From the NCBI GenBank assembly GCA_046483495.1, contig JAWODC010000077.1:5143-69142 (forward strand): 64,000 nucleotides of DNA. Reading direction: 5' to 3'. Position 1 is the first letter of the stretch, and each line of letters opens with the position of its first letter. The notes beneath the pieces are model-generated. The model saw only the letters and a list, made by a program, of their open reading frames with translations. It searched no databases and was not told where the DNA came from. Origin of the DNA: Desulfobacterales bacterium. GTDB lineage: Bacteria; Desulfobacterota; Desulfobacteria; Desulfobacterales; UBA5616. Positions 42,718 to 52,656 of this stretch are shown one piece after another. The position numbers and the translations under genes are program-made.

Positions 42718-43472
42718 TACAATCGGTTAATCATATCCTTCACGTTTGCAATCGCCGCGGTCCGGACGGCGAAGGGTGAAACGCCGTTTAAATCGGATTC
42801 GATCAATGCCTCATCATAGGCGATAAACCCCAAAAATTCAAAATTCGGCAGGTTCTTTTTTAGAAAATCTTCATCCCTTTGGTTTCGAATTTTGTTGCCC
42901 ACCAAAGCAATACGTCTGAGGCCGATATCACCGGCAAGATCGTGAATGTGGGTCGCCGTCTCGACACTCCTGCGACCCGGCTCCACCACGACAATCAGCT
43001 TGTCCACCGCCATGGCCGTCGCCCTGCCCAGGTGTTCGATGCCGGCCTCCATATCCATAACCACCACTTCATCCCTGGCCAGAACGATATGGGTGACCAG
43101 CGCTTTCAATAGGGTGCTTTCAGGGCAGATGCATCCTCCACCGCCTTTTTTGACTTCTCCCAATCGCATGAACTTGATATTGTTCAGCTTGACGGAAAGC
43201 GAATCCGGAAGGTCATCGACCTTTGGATTTAATTTAAAGAAACCGCCGATGCTGCCCGGTTTTGCCTCGGTGCGTTCAAAAATCAAGTCTTTCATTTCTG
43301 AAATGGGCGTGATGCGATGGGCATCCGCTATGCCCAAGGCTGTGGCAAGATTGGCGTCCGGGTCCGCGTCTATGGCAAGTACATGCTTCCCGGACTCGCT
43401 GAGTGCATGTATCAAAAGAGATGCAAATGTGGTTTTGCCGACACCGCCTTTTCCGCTGATCGCGAGTTTCAT
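42717..43472 (-). CDS. CooC-type (MinD/ParA superfamily) P-loop NTPase
   Basis: MKLAISGKGGVGKTT deviant Walker A, the GGGGCICPES CxC motif typical of CooC/AcsF Ni-insertion ATPases, and MDMEAGIEH. The stop overlaps the helicase start (TAATG at 42715-42719). Confidence 0.8.
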   Translation of the reverse strand: MKLAISGKGGVGKTTFASLLIHALSESGKHVLAIDADPDANLATALGIADAHRITPISEMKDLIFERTEAKPGSIGGFFKLNPKVDDLPDSLSVKLNNIKFMRLGEVKKGGGGCICPESTLLKALVTHIVLARDEVVVMDMEAGIEHLGRATAMAVDKLIVVVEPGRRSVETATHIHDLAGDIGLRRIALVGNKIRNQRDEDFLKKNLPNFEFLGFIAYDEALIESDLNGVSPFAVRTAAIANVKDMINRL

Positions 43473-43690
43473 CGTGTTATCCTTTCGTCATAATCGGGGC
43501 GGTTTTCAACTGCAGGAACATTTGGACAATTCAAAGCCATACGGTTTTTTGACATTCGGCCCCGTATAAAAATAACTCAACGGCATAAAATCAGTACATC
43601 GTTAATAATTTCGCACAAACATAGTGTTTTGGCAAGAGGCAGTTGGCGGGAAAACCTGCGCACCAAAAGGGATTTGCTTCAATTCGGGTT

Positions 43691-43726
43691 GGAGGGGGTT
43701 CACAACTTCGATTTTGAACCCCCTCC
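43691..43726. terminator. 12-bp stem-loop GGAGGGGGTTCA-N12-TGAACCCCCTCC
   Basis: Read directly, about 50 nt after the stop of 43774-44730. No U-tract. Confidence 0.4.
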
Positions 43727-43773
43727 CATTGGATTTAACATGAACGCGGATGTAGTGCGGTCCTCAATCGAAT

Positions 43774-44730
43774 TTAATCCATTACGTGGGAGATGAAACA
43801 GTATTTGAAGAAGGATTGTTCATCTTCTCTTTGCTGAACGGTTACGGTTCGCGCGGCCTGGGCTGAACCATGATCATCTTTGACCATGTAAATGATATCA
43901 TAGTCGGTTCCGGCCTTAGATGTATCGATTCTGTTCGGGTCTGCGGCCTCCCCGTTTACCTTTACCTCGACTTGGCCGGTAATATCTTCATTCAAGAAAT
44001 TAATGGCCCTTGCCCCCGAATCCACATACCGGTCACCTTTTTGAATATTGACCATGGGGTCTCCCTTCAGTGTCAACACCGGCGGCGCCGGTTCGACGAC
44101 ATGGACGGTGCGGGAAACCTCATCAGCAGGTTTGTTGTTGCTTCCCACGACATTGTAGGTGACGGTGTACGTGCCGGGGGTGCTCGTATCGAGCGTGCTG
44201 TCTGCGGTTATCTTGTCGCTGATGTTGTTTCCGGTTTCTTCAAAAGCCATGGCGCCCGGGTCGGTAAATGAAGCCCCTTTTTCCACCCACATTTCCGGCT
44301 TGCCGATAATCGTCAGGAGGGGAGGCGGATCCACAACGCGGTTGCCGGTCAAATTGGCGTCTGTACTGTAAACTTTTCGGGTGCTGTCTTTAAAATTGTA
44401 AACCGACATGTATATCTTGCCGGTAAACTTATCGTCGTTGACAGCGGAGAGGTTGATTTTATCTACCTGGACCCAAAAACCGCGTACCAGGGTCCGTTCG
44501 GGAAGAGGGCCTAAAATCAGGTACTTGTCGTTCCGAATGGATCCTTTGATTCCGGCGTAATGGAATGAATCCCCTTCCTGCGTGATCAACAGCCGATCCA
44601 TTTTCAGTTCCTGCCCCGGTGCATCGGTTTTAACGTCCCAAATACCCGTTAAATCGGCCGCATTACCGTAGGCGCAGAGTCCGAAAAAAAGGACAGTAAT
44701 GCTTATCGCTGTCAGTTTGGCTAATTTCAT
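43774..44730 (-). CDS. Secreted protein with two Ig-like DUF5011-type repeats
   Basis: Signal peptide MKLAKLTAISITVLFFGLCAYGNA. Two repeats end in PGTYTVTYNVVGSNNKPADEVSRTVHVV and AGTDYDIIYMVKDDHGSAQAARTVTV. Confidence 0.6.
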   Translation of the reverse strand: MKLAKLTAISITVLFFGLCAYGNAADLTGIWDVKTDAPGQELKMDRLLITQEGDSFHYAGIKGSIRNDKYLILGPLPERTLVRGFWVQVDKINLSAVNDDKFTGKIYMSVYNFKDSTRKVYSTDANLTGNRVVDPPPLLTIIGKPEMWVEKGASFTDPGAMAFEETGNNISDKITADSTLDTSTPGTYTVTYNVVGSNNKPADEVSRTVHVVEPAPPVLTLKGDPMVNIQKGDRYVDSGARAINFLNEDITGQVEVKVNGEAADPNRIDTSKAGTDYDIIYMVKDDHGSAQAARTVTVQQREDEQSFFKYCFISHVMD

Positions 44731-45008
44731 ACGTTCCTCCCTTTGTTGGTAATCGTCAGACTGGAATCATTTGGTGAAAAAAGCGGATGTGAAAAAACTG
44801 CAGATCTCTATATACCATTTTAAGAAATAATTAAAATAAAAAAATTGAAGGTGATTTAATTTTTTCACGTTTTATTTTCTTGACCCTCTTTTCGGCACAT
44901 GTAAATCTTAAAAAGAAGCTCTTTTTTGCCGGAAACATTGTCATCCGGTGTGAAGACAAACAGGTAGGGCAGGGATGGACATCGTTCGAAGAGGGATCAT
45001 TGGACTTG

Positions 45009-47003
45009 ATGAATACGAATACAGCACTCAGTCAGTACCAAAAACCCGAGATACTGGCGCCGGCGGGTAACAAGGCGGCCTTCTTCGCCGCTGTTTCAGC
45101 CGGTGCCGATGCGGTATACTGCGGAATGAAGCGGTTTTCCGCCCGCATGGAAGCCAAAAACTTTACGGTTTCGGAACTGGCGGGACTGGTTCGATTGAGC
45201 CGACGAAAACATGTGAAAGTATACGTGGCGGTAAATACGCTGCTGACAACCGATGACCTTTCGCAAACGGCCGAGTTGCTGAATCAACTCGTCAAGTATG
45301 TTCAACCGGACGCGCTGATCGTTCAAGACCTGGCCGTCATCGCCCTGGCCCGACAAACGGGGTTCGGCGGGGAGATCCACCTGTCTACGCTGGCAAATGT
45401 CGGTATTCCCGGTTCGCTCGACGAAATTTCACGCATTTTCCGCGTTGACAGGGTAGTGATGCCAAGGGAGTTGACCATCGATGAAATCAAGTCGATGGCA
45501 AACGCCTGCCCACCCGGAATGAATCTGGAGGTATTCGTTCACGGTGCGCTGTGTTATGCCGTTTCCGGCAGGTGTTACTGGAGCAGTTTCCTGGGGGGCA
45601 AAAGCGGCCTTAAAGGCCGCTGCGTTCAGCCCTGCAGAAGGCTATATGAGCAGAACTGTCAAAAAAATAAATTTTTTTCGTGCCAAGACCTCAGCCTGGA
45701 TGTGCTGGTGAAGGTTCTAAAGGAGGTTCCCCGCATCGCAGCGTGGAAGATAGAAGGACGGAAAAAAGGTCCGCATTATGTATATTACACCACGAGCGCA
45801 TATCGGATTTTAAGGGATGAAGGAAATGATCCCGCGGCAAAGAAAGCGGCTGTCGGATTGTTGGAGAGAGCATTGGGCCGTCCCGGCACCCACTATTTTT
45901 TTCTGCCCCAGCGAATGTACAACCCGGTGAGTTCGGAGCGGCATACCGGTTCCGGCTTGTTTATAGCAGCGGTAAGCGGATTGAGACGCAGGCCGATCAT
46001 TACGCCCAGGGAGGCGCTCTTTCCCGGGGATGTGCTTCGGGTGGGATATGAAGATGAGACCTGGCACAAAATTTATCGTGTGGGAAAATATGTGCCGAAA
46101 AAAGGAAGGTTCGAACTGAAGGTGGACAGCGGCAAAGGGGCGGAGAAGGGGACCCCGGTCTTTTTGATCGACCGACGGGAAAAAGAGCTGCAGCATATCA
46201 TAGCTGCATTCCAAGAGGAATTGGACAGCATTCCCCCGGTTGGCGTCCAGGACACGCCTGTTCGGATCAGACTTCCCAAAAAAACCCGGACGGTAATCCC
46301 CTTTTCTGAAATGTTCGTGTATCGCGGTCATCCCTACCCGGACGGGGGAGCACTGAACGGGGTCTGGTTGTCTCATGAAAATGCCGAAAATGCCGGCAAA
46401 AAGAAAAAAACGTCCATATGGTGGTGGCTTCCTCCGGTCGTATGGCCCGCGGATGAAGAAAACATGGCTGATATGATCGGCAGGATGATTAACCGGGGCC
46501 AAAAACAATTCGTGCTCAATGCGCCCTGGCAACGGTGTTTTTTTGATGATCCGGAAAAGTGTCGGCTTTGGGCAGGCCCGTTTTGCAACGCGGCAAATCC
46601 CGTGGCTGTCGATCAGCTTAAAGCATACGGGTTTTCGGGCGTCATTGTCAGCCCCGAGCTTTCAAAACGCGACTTTTCGGCTTTGCCGAAGAACAGTCCC
46701 TTGCCGCTCGGAATCGTCGTTTCCGGCAATTGGCCCCTCTGCATTTCCAGAAGCGTGTCTGAAGAGTTAGAGACGAAAACGATCTTTACCAGCCCGAAAA
46801 ACGAGGGGGCCTGGGCCGTGAGACATGGTTCGAACATCTGGGTTTATCCGAATTGGAATGTGGATATTCGCTCTCAAACAAAACTGCTGAAAAAGGCCGG
46901 ATACCGGCTGTTCGTGAACCTTATCGAACCGTTGCCTGAAACGGTGACCTTGAAGAAGAGGCCCGGGAAGTGGAACTGGGATTTGGAGGCGGTCGAAGCG
47001 TAA
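45009..47003 (+). CDS. Peptidase U32-family protein (long form)
   Basis: PEILAPAGNKAAFFAAVSAGADAVYCGMKRFSARMEAKNF and VFVHGALCYAVSGRC are U32 signatures. Start set to ATG 45009 rather than TTG 44880. Confidence 0.8.
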   Translation: MNTNTALSQYQKPEILAPAGNKAAFFAAVSAGADAVYCGMKRFSARMEAKNFTVSELAGLVRLSRRKHVKVYVAVNTLLTTDDLSQTAELLNQLVKYVQPDALIVQDLAVIALARQTGFGGEIHLSTLANVGIPGSLDEISRIFRVDRVVMPRELTIDEIKSMANACPPGMNLEVFVHGALCYAVSGRCYWSSFLGGKSGLKGRCVQPCRRLYEQNCQKNKFFSCQDLSLDVLVKVLKEVPRIAAWKIEGRKKGPHYVYYTTSAYRILRDEGNDPAAKKAAVGLLERALGRPGTHYFFLPQRMYNPVSSERHTGSGLFIAAVSGLRRRPIITPREALFPGDVLRVGYEDETWHKIYRVGKYVPKKGRFELKVDSGKGAEKGTPVFLIDRREKELQHIIAAFQEELDSIPPVGVQDTPVRIRLPKKTRTVIPFSEMFVYRGHPYPDGGALNGVWLSHENAENAGKKKKTSIWWWLPPVVWPADEENMADMIGRMINRGQKQFVLNAPWQRCFFDDPEKCRLWAGPFCNAANPVAVDQLKAYGFSGVIVSPELSKRDFSALPKNSPLPLGIVVSGNWPLCISRSVSEELETKTIFTSPKNEGAWAVRHGSNIWVYPNWNVDIRSQTKLLKKAGYRLFVNLIEPLPETVTLKKRPGKWNWDLEAVEA

Positions 47004-47046
47004 CGGCGGTATCGGGTCGAAGCCCGTTCTCACCGAGACCGGCGGG

Positions 47047-47778
47047 TTACATCTTTTTCAAATAGAGCACCAGACTTTTCCCCATCAATGGGTTTAACAG
47101 GGTGTCCAAAAACCGGGTCAGTCGGGGTTTTTGCATGATGTCCCAGGTCAAAAACCGGTGGTATAAATCGATTGCCGGAACGTGTTCACGTGTTGGTCCA
47201 AGCAGACATTTCAGCCACCAGTAGGGCGAGTGGAGGCTGTGTGCATAGCCGGTTTTCCAGAGCAAACCCCCCTCTTTTTCCAGCAATGCAATCAACTGTT
47301 TTTTTCGGTAGATCCGCACATGTCCCTGGTTGACATTATGATAGTCGTCCGACAGCATCCAGCAGATCCATTCGGGGAAAAACCGCGGAACGCTGACGAC
47401 GAGGTTTCGTCCCGGCTTGAGAACCCGCGTGATTTCCCTTGCCGCTTTTTCATGCTCGGGAATATGCTCCATGACTTCGGAACAGATGACAAGATCGAAG
47501 TGTTCGTCTTCAAACGGCAGGCATGTAATATCGGCGGTGAGAAGCATCCAGGAGCCGCCGCCGTTTTCCCCGAGATCATCGTGGTAACAGAGTCTCTCTT
47601 TTGCCTCTTTCAAATCTTCGAAACACAGGTCCGCGCCCACGGCGGTGACGTTGTCATACCGGTAGGCGGCGCATGTATGGCGTCCCGGACCGCAGCCGAT
47701 ATCCAGAATCCGGTATCCCGGCCGGATGCCGAGGGCGTTAAAATCTACCGTAATCACGAATGACCTCTCGATACACAT
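47047..47778 (-). CDS. Class I SAM-dependent methyltransferase
   Basis: ILDIGCGPGRH motif I and FDLVICSEVMEHIP. The start is uncertain; every candidate overlaps the 3' end of the glycosyltransferase gene. Confidence 0.7.
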   Translation of the reverse strand: MCIERSFVITVDFNALGIRPGYRILDIGCGPGRHTCAAYRYDNVTAVGADLCFEDLKEAKERLCYHDDLGENGGGSWMLLTADITCLPFEDEHFDLVICSEVMEHIPEHEKAAREITRVLKPGRNLVVSVPRFFPEWICWMLSDDYHNVNQGHVRIYRKKQLIALLEKEGGLLWKTGYAHSLHSPYWWLKCLLGPTREHVPAIDLYHRFLTWDIMQKPRLTRFLDTLLNPLMGKSLVLYLKKM

Positions 47779-48985
47779 CCACCGTTTTCTCGGCGGCCTT
47801 TTTCCACGTGAAATGCTCTTGGACCCGCCGGTATCCGTCTTTTCCAAGCTTTTCGGCGTATTCCGGTTGGTCCATAATCAGCTGCATGGCCCCGGCGAGG
47901 GCATCGGCATCGGCGGGCGGCACAAGGAGGCCGGCGTTTCCGACCACCTCGGGAAGCGCACCGCCGGTGGTGCTGATAACGGGAACGCCGCAGGCCATTG
48001 CCTCACCAACGGGCAGCCCGAATCCTTCGTACACCGACGGCACCACTGCGGCAGTAGCCATGGCATATTGCCGGACGAATTCTTCGTCACCGATGCGGCC
48101 GGTAAATGTCACGGAATCGGTAAGACCGAGTCGGCGAACGAGTTTCGTTATGCCGCTGTCTTTTTTGGGTTGGCCGACCACCACCAGGGAAACGGGACGT
48201 TTCCGGTTGATTTTTTCCATGGCGGCAAGTAAATATTTCAGCCCTTTTAACGGCGTATCCGCGCTGTTGGTGACGATAAAGCGGTTTTTTCGGCGCTTGA
48301 CGTGGGCAAGGGGGCGGAAAAGGGCCGTGTTGATGCCGTTTGGTACGACGCTCAGTCGATCTTGCGAAATACGAAAGTCTTCGGCGATGTCTTTTTTCGC
48401 GCTTTCAGATACCGTGATCAACCGCGAAAACGACCGGGTGACGCGTTTTTGCATTCCCAGAAAAGAATACCACCGGAGCTGCTTGAATTTGAATAAAAAT
48501 GAGGATCGGGACTTTAAGTCGATCTCCCGGTCAACCGTAATCGGGTGGTGGATCGTGGGTATGGTCGGCATGAATTTGCTGATGCCCCACACACCGTAGG
48601 AAAGGCTTTGGTTGTCATGGACGATGTCGTATAAACGGCGCTTTCGCTTTACATATCCATAAGCTCTCAATCCGAAGGTGAACGGTTCCGGGAACCCCGT
48701 GGTGGAAACGCCGATCCATTCGGCCATGCTTATCGGGTCGCAGAGTTCCTTCAGCCCCGGGATGCGGAAGGGATCTTCGGGATTATACAAATCCAGGCTG
48801 GGCATGTGAATTACCGGAATGTCCGGATCCAGCAAGGGGTCCGGCGGACCTGATACAACGGTCACCCGGTGGCCTAAATCCTTCAGTGAACGGCTCAGGT
48901 TCTTGATATAGACACCCTGCCCGCCGCAATGGGGATTGCTCCGGTAGCTCAGCAGGCATATGCGTAAGGGGGATAAACCCGCCAT
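47738..48985 (-). CDS. Glycosyltransferase family 4 (GT-B)
   Basis: GGQGVYIKNLSRSL and PSVYEGFGLPVGEAMACGVPVISTTGGALPEVV (EX7E region). Confidence 0.85.
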   Translation of the reverse strand: MAGLSPLRICLLSYRSNPHCGGQGVYIKNLSRSLKDLGHRVTVVSGPPDPLLDPDIPVIHMPSLDLYNPEDPFRIPGLKELCDPISMAEWIGVSTTGFPEPFTFGLRAYGYVKRKRRLYDIVHDNQSLSYGVWGISKFMPTIPTIHHPITVDREIDLKSRSSFLFKFKQLRWYSFLGMQKRVTRSFSRLITVSESAKKDIAEDFRISQDRLSVVPNGINTALFRPLAHVKRRKNRFIVTNSADTPLKGLKYLLAAMEKINRKRPVSLVVVGQPKKDSGITKLVRRLGLTDSVTFTGRIGDEEFVRQYAMATAAVVPSVYEGFGLPVGEAMACGVPVISTTGGALPEVVGNAGLLVPPADADALAGAMQLIMDQPEYAEKLGKDGYRRVQEHFTWKKAAEKTVDVYREVIRDYGRF

Positions 48986-49090
48986 GGGATCGGCTCCAGT
49001 GAAAAAAGTAAAAAGATCACATACAGCGAATGGCGGATATTCGTCAAGGGATAAGAGCCTCCGAAGAAAAAAATATTATCTCCTCTTCAC

Positions 49091-49135
49091 ATCGGTATCG
49101 GCATCATGATCGAAAGCGGATCGGTATCGATTTCG
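49091..49135. repeat. Degenerate hexamer run (GGTATC GGCATC ATGATC GAAAGC GGATC GGTATC GATTTC)
   Basis: Read directly in the divergent intergenic region. Related to the CGATCC-type array at 29062. Confidence 0.5.
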
Positions 49136-49273
49136 GCTTTAAAGGACGCTGCAAAAAATAACTTTACTTTTGTCAAAAAATAGTATTTACTGCACCAAAT
49201 TTTTTTCAAGGAGAGGTGCGATGAATTAACAGTTTGCATTTATTACCAATTGTTTCAACAAAGGAGGAGGAAG

Positions 49274-50623
49274 ATGAAGAAAATACTTGGTTTCGCAGCG
49301 GCCCTTTTATTGTTGATCCCTTCATTGGCGACGGCCATCGACATGTCCGATGTCGAATTCGGCGGTCAGGTGCGTATGCGGGGGTATGCGTTGGAAAACA
49401 TGTGGAGCTTTAACAGCGATTTGGATTTTGATGAATGGGATGTATTTCGCCTGAAAGCCAGCTTGTGGACCCGTGTTAATCTGGGGGACAATGTCAGCGC
49501 ATTCATCCAGTTGACCGACCAGACCTATGGCGAAGGCGTCGTTCAATTCGATGCCGGGAGGAACGCCCTGGGAGAAAGGGACGTCTGGGAAGAGGACAAC
49601 AAAAGCAACAAGATTTTTTTGGACAATGCCTACATCGATGCCAAAAACGTTTTGGGCCCGATCAGCCTCAGAATAGGGCGTCAGAACCTGATCTACGGAT
49701 CCGGGTTCGTTATTCTTGACGGCCAGTCCCAATTTGCTTCCACATCCATCTATTTTGACGGTGTAAAAGCTACCATGGATATCACGGACAACATTTCCCT
49801 GGATGCATTTTACATGAAGGACCAGGAAAACACCCGCTCAAATTTAACCGAAGATGATATCAATTTGATGGGGCTTTACCTCACTGCCACGGGATGTCCG
49901 GTGATCAGGGGGAAGCAGGAATTCTACGTGTTGAACCGTGAAGATGAATCCCTGGACAAAGACATTTGGATGTTCGGAATTCGTGTATCCGATAAGTTCG
50001 ACTTCGGCCTTGACTACTCCGCGGAAGTCGCCGTTCAACGAGGTGATGCATGGGAAGACAGGGATGATGATGTGCCGGGGTATACCGCCGGAGATCAGGA
50101 AGCCCTCGGATATAAGCTGGATCTTGGCTATACGATCCCGATTGACCTTTCACCCCGGGTATTCGGGCAGTACGTGTTCATGAGCGGCGACGAAGCCGAT
50201 ACCGATGATTGGGAAGGATGGGATGTATTTTATGGCGGATGGCCCCAATTCGGCGACCTGTTGGCGTGGGTGTACGTATTCGGTCCCGCGGTTGTCTCCG
50301 ATCCTGCAGGGTCGACAATCGGAGAAGCAGCATATACCAACCTGCACATCGCCACTATCGGTGCTGAATTCAATATCGAGGATAAATTATTCCCCAAATT
50401 CTCCTATTCCAGGCTTCAGTTTGATGAGGATAATGCCGTCTACGGACTGAATGACGATGATTTCGGCGATTACTATCAGTTCAGCGCAAAATACAAGTAC
50501 TCTAAAATGTTGAGTTTCGCCGCTTACTACGCCATTATCGAACCGGGTGACGGAGTTCAGGACCTTGCAGAATCCGATGATAATGCCCAGGAATTCTTCT
50601 GGGAAGCGGAAGTAAAGTTTTAA
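49274..50623 (+). CDS. Outer-membrane beta-barrel, alginate-export (AlgE-like) family
   Basis: AGGAGG SD. Signal peptide MKKILGFAAALLLLIPSLATA. FGGQVRMRGYALEN start, alternating beta-strand pattern and a C-terminal F. Confidence 0.6.
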   Translation: MKKILGFAAALLLLIPSLATAIDMSDVEFGGQVRMRGYALENMWSFNSDLDFDEWDVFRLKASLWTRVNLGDNVSAFIQLTDQTYGEGVVQFDAGRNALGERDVWEEDNKSNKIFLDNAYIDAKNVLGPISLRIGRQNLIYGSGFVILDGQSQFASTSIYFDGVKATMDITDNISLDAFYMKDQENTRSNLTEDDINLMGLYLTATGCPVIRGKQEFYVLNREDESLDKDIWMFGIRVSDKFDFGLDYSAEVAVQRGDAWEDRDDDVPGYTAGDQEALGYKLDLGYTIPIDLSPRVFGQYVFMSGDEADTDDWEGWDVFYGGWPQFGDLLAWVYVFGPAVVSDPAGSTIGEAAYTNLHIATIGAEFNIEDKLFPKFSYSRLQFDEDNAVYGLNDDDFGDYYQFSAKYKYSKMLSFAAYYAIIEPGDGVQDLAESDDNAQEFFWEAEVKF

Positions 50624-50689
50624 ACTACCATTCGATTACTCTAGGAAAACGTCCAGAGTGTCGCTTAATTTTTTTGGCCTGTCACATAC

Positions 50690-50720
50690 AAAAAGGGCAC
50701 GGCTTTGCCGTGCCCTTTTT
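50690..50720. terminator. Bidirectional rho-independent terminator AAAAAGGGCACGG-CTTTG-CCGTGCCCTTTTT
   Basis: 8-bp GC stem flanked by an A5 and a T5 tract, between convergent genes. Confidence 0.85.
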
Positions 50721-50809
50721 GTATGGCCGGTTTGGAAGTGTTCTGCTTCCTTTTTGCAGGCGGAACAGCTTCGGGGCATTCGCCGGACAAGATGCCTTCG
50801 TCGAATGGA

Positions 50810-51112
50810 TCAAAGGTCCCGGGGATCCAGCTTTTCCTTGATGCTGCCTTCACCGTCTATGACAAAAATCATGAATCCATTGGCGGCGGCGTCTTCGGCC
50901 AGTTCCTTGAGTCTGACCGCCTGGACCTCGACCTTTTGGCTCTTGTCCCGGTTCACGAGATGAAACCCTTTTAATCCATCATCCTTGGTGGGGAATGCGG
51001 GGATGAATAAAACGTCGCTTTCAGCGTCATGCTGTCCGACGTATTGTTCGTTGCCTGCAGCCCCTTGCACCATCACCCATACCCATGGATTTTTTTCTGC
51101 TTTCTCGTTCAT
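50810..51112 (-). CDS. Hypothetical protein (100 aa)
   Basis: ORF with start at MNEKAEKNPW. No family recognised. Confidence 0.45.
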   Translation of the reverse strand: MNEKAEKNPWVWVMVQGAAGNEQYVGQHDAESDVLFIPAFPTKDDGLKGFHLVNRDKSQKVEVQAVRLKELAEDAAANGFMIFVIDGEGSIKEKLDPRDL

Positions 51113-51135
51113 GCTTTTCCTTTTTTGTATGCCGA

Positions 51136-52170
51136 TCAAAATGCCGTTTCAAAAAGCATACCATACTTTTCCGATGTCATGTCCAGTGAAATTCGGATGC
51201 GGTGACCCTGCTTGAGCTCCTCGATAAAGTTCAGGGTCTGCCGCCGGTTGAATTTGTTTGCGCAATTGATGCCGCCGTAAATGTTGCCGCCGTAGAAACC
51301 GGCCTCGACAAAGGCGATGACGCCGCCTAAGGCGGGATTGCCGTTTTCAAAAGCCGAAACCGCCGCCCATATCATGCCGCCGTTGAGAAGAAAGGCGGTC
51401 AATGCATCCCTGTAGCGATTGCAGTAAACATATCCGCCACCGGGGATGATCGAAACGGCGGCGGCCAGTTTCGGGTTCTTTCGGGGGATGTGGTCGGCGC
51501 GTTCGAGCCGCTCGACGAGCGTGGGCACACCGAAGACCGGTTGATTAGCCGGGCTGATGCGGTGCAGCGCGGCCAAGGCCGGCTCCCATTCGGCATATTC
51601 GATAAATATCCACGCCATGCCGTGCCAGGCCCTGTCGCGAATTGCAGACTTTTCGGCGGTTTTCGTCACCCGTTCCAGAATCTGAACTGCGGATCGAGGG
51701 TCGTTGCGTTTCAGGTACACGTTGCTGAGTTCAAAATGGGCATCGAGCGCGAAATCGGAGCCCTCGTATTCTTGAATCAGGTATTCAAATCGTTCTTCTG
51801 CCTTCGCATATTCGCCCAGCTCATAATAGGACCTGCCGATATGAAATCGGGCGGCACCCACCCGGGGATCATCGGGAAAAAAATGGACGAAGCGCTCGTA
51901 TTCCGCCGCCGCACGATCGAATTCTCCCCTGTCGAAATACGTTTGGGCAAAATCAAACTGCTCATCGGCGGAAATGCATCGTTTTGGGATTTCCGACCCG
52001 TTCTCGCGTTCGGCAGGGGATGCCGCAACAGCCGGCAACAGGATGACGGCTAATAGAACAATGTGTTGAATCGAGAAAAAAAACAGCGTCCGTCGGAAGA
52101 AAGCACGAAATCCGAAATCCGAAATTCGAAACAAAGCCTTATAATCGTGCTGAATGGTTAAAGGACGCAT
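51136..52170 (-). CDS. TPR-repeat protein with C-terminal Gly-rich membrane segment
   Basis: TPR-like repeats (FDFAQTYFDRGEFDRAAAEYERFVHFFPDD.., GRSYYELGEYAKAEERFEYL) and a C-terminal IIPGGGYVYCNRY..GGMIWAAVS. Confidence 0.7.
   Translation of the reverse strand: MRPLTIQHDYKALFRISDFGFRAFFRRTLFFFSIQHIVLLAVILLPAVAASPAERENGSEIPKRCISADEQFDFAQTYFDRGEFDRAAAEYERFVHFFPDDPRVGAARFHIGRSYYELGEYAKAEERFEYLIQEYEGSDFALDAHFELSNVYLKRNDPRSAVQILERVTKTAEKSAIRDRAWHGMAWIFIEYAEWEPALAALHRISPANQPVFGVPTLVERLERADHIPRKNPKLAAAVSIIPGGGYVYCNRYRDALTAFLLNGGMIWAAVSAFENGNPALGGVIAFVEAGFYGGNIYGGINCANKFNRRQTLNFIEELKQGHRIRISLDMTSEKYGMLFETAF
52105..52132. repeat. Heptamer array CGAAATC CGAAATC CGAAATT CGAAACA
   Basis: Read directly. 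Lies inside the predicted N-terminus of the TPR ORF (encodes FRISDFGFR). Confidence 0.7.
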
Positions 52171-52189
52171 AATACTTTAACCCGATGTT

Positions 52190-52582
52190 TTAGTTTCTCC
52201 AGAAGTCGTTTTCGGTCACCGTGTCGGATGTATGGGGAACCCCGTTTATGTACACTTTAGAGCCTCGTTTGACTTCATCACGACCGCATCGTATCAGACG
52301 ATCGCAGGCCATAAACCACCCCATTATCGGTCCGTGTCTTTCAATCGCCTGTATGCCGTAATGGGAGCAGGACGGGTGCATGGGGCAGCGTCCGCCTAAA
52401 ACAGGGGATAAATGTTTTTGGTACAGCCGAATTGGAAGCGCAGCAATCGACGCCTCTTCGGCTGTTTCTTCTAATTTTGCGGGATTTTCGACAGGCAGCA
52501 GATCCGCCCAATCGGCAAATGCCGTTCCCGCAGTCAGGCCCGACACAATCACCACTATTGGAAGTATATTAAAAAATTTCAT
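52190..52582 (-). CDS. YidD-family (membrane protein insertion efficiency factor-like) paralogue with N-terminal signal/anchor
   Basis: LYQKHLSPVLGGRCPMHPSCSHYGIQAIERHGPIMGWFMACDRLIRCG is the YidD signature. ATG 52582 preferred to TTG 52633. Confidence 0.75.
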   Translation of the reverse strand: MKFFNILPIVVIVSGLTAGTAFADWADLLPVENPAKLEETAEEASIAALPIRLYQKHLSPVLGGRCPMHPSCSHYGIQAIERHGPIMGWFMACDRLIRCGRDEVKRGSKVYINGVPHTSDTVTENDFWRN

Positions 52583-52656
52583 TCTTTGGGTTCCATACGC
52601 AAACCCCGAGGGGTTAACTGTATTCGTATTCAATTTTCTTTAAGCCGTGCCCCCGT

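Noticed and set aside
44864-44876. 13-mer TTCACGTTTTATT shared with the E1-alpha promoter region (27482-27494)
   Set aside because: Tens of 13-mer coincidences are expected between two positions in 64 kb on both strands. Nothing else around the two sites aligns.
52105-52170. Moving the TPR gene start downstream of the heptamer array
   Set aside because: No ATG, GTG or TTG start exists in frame between the array and the signal-anchor segment. The ATG at 52170 was kept, but the N-terminus is flagged as uncertain.
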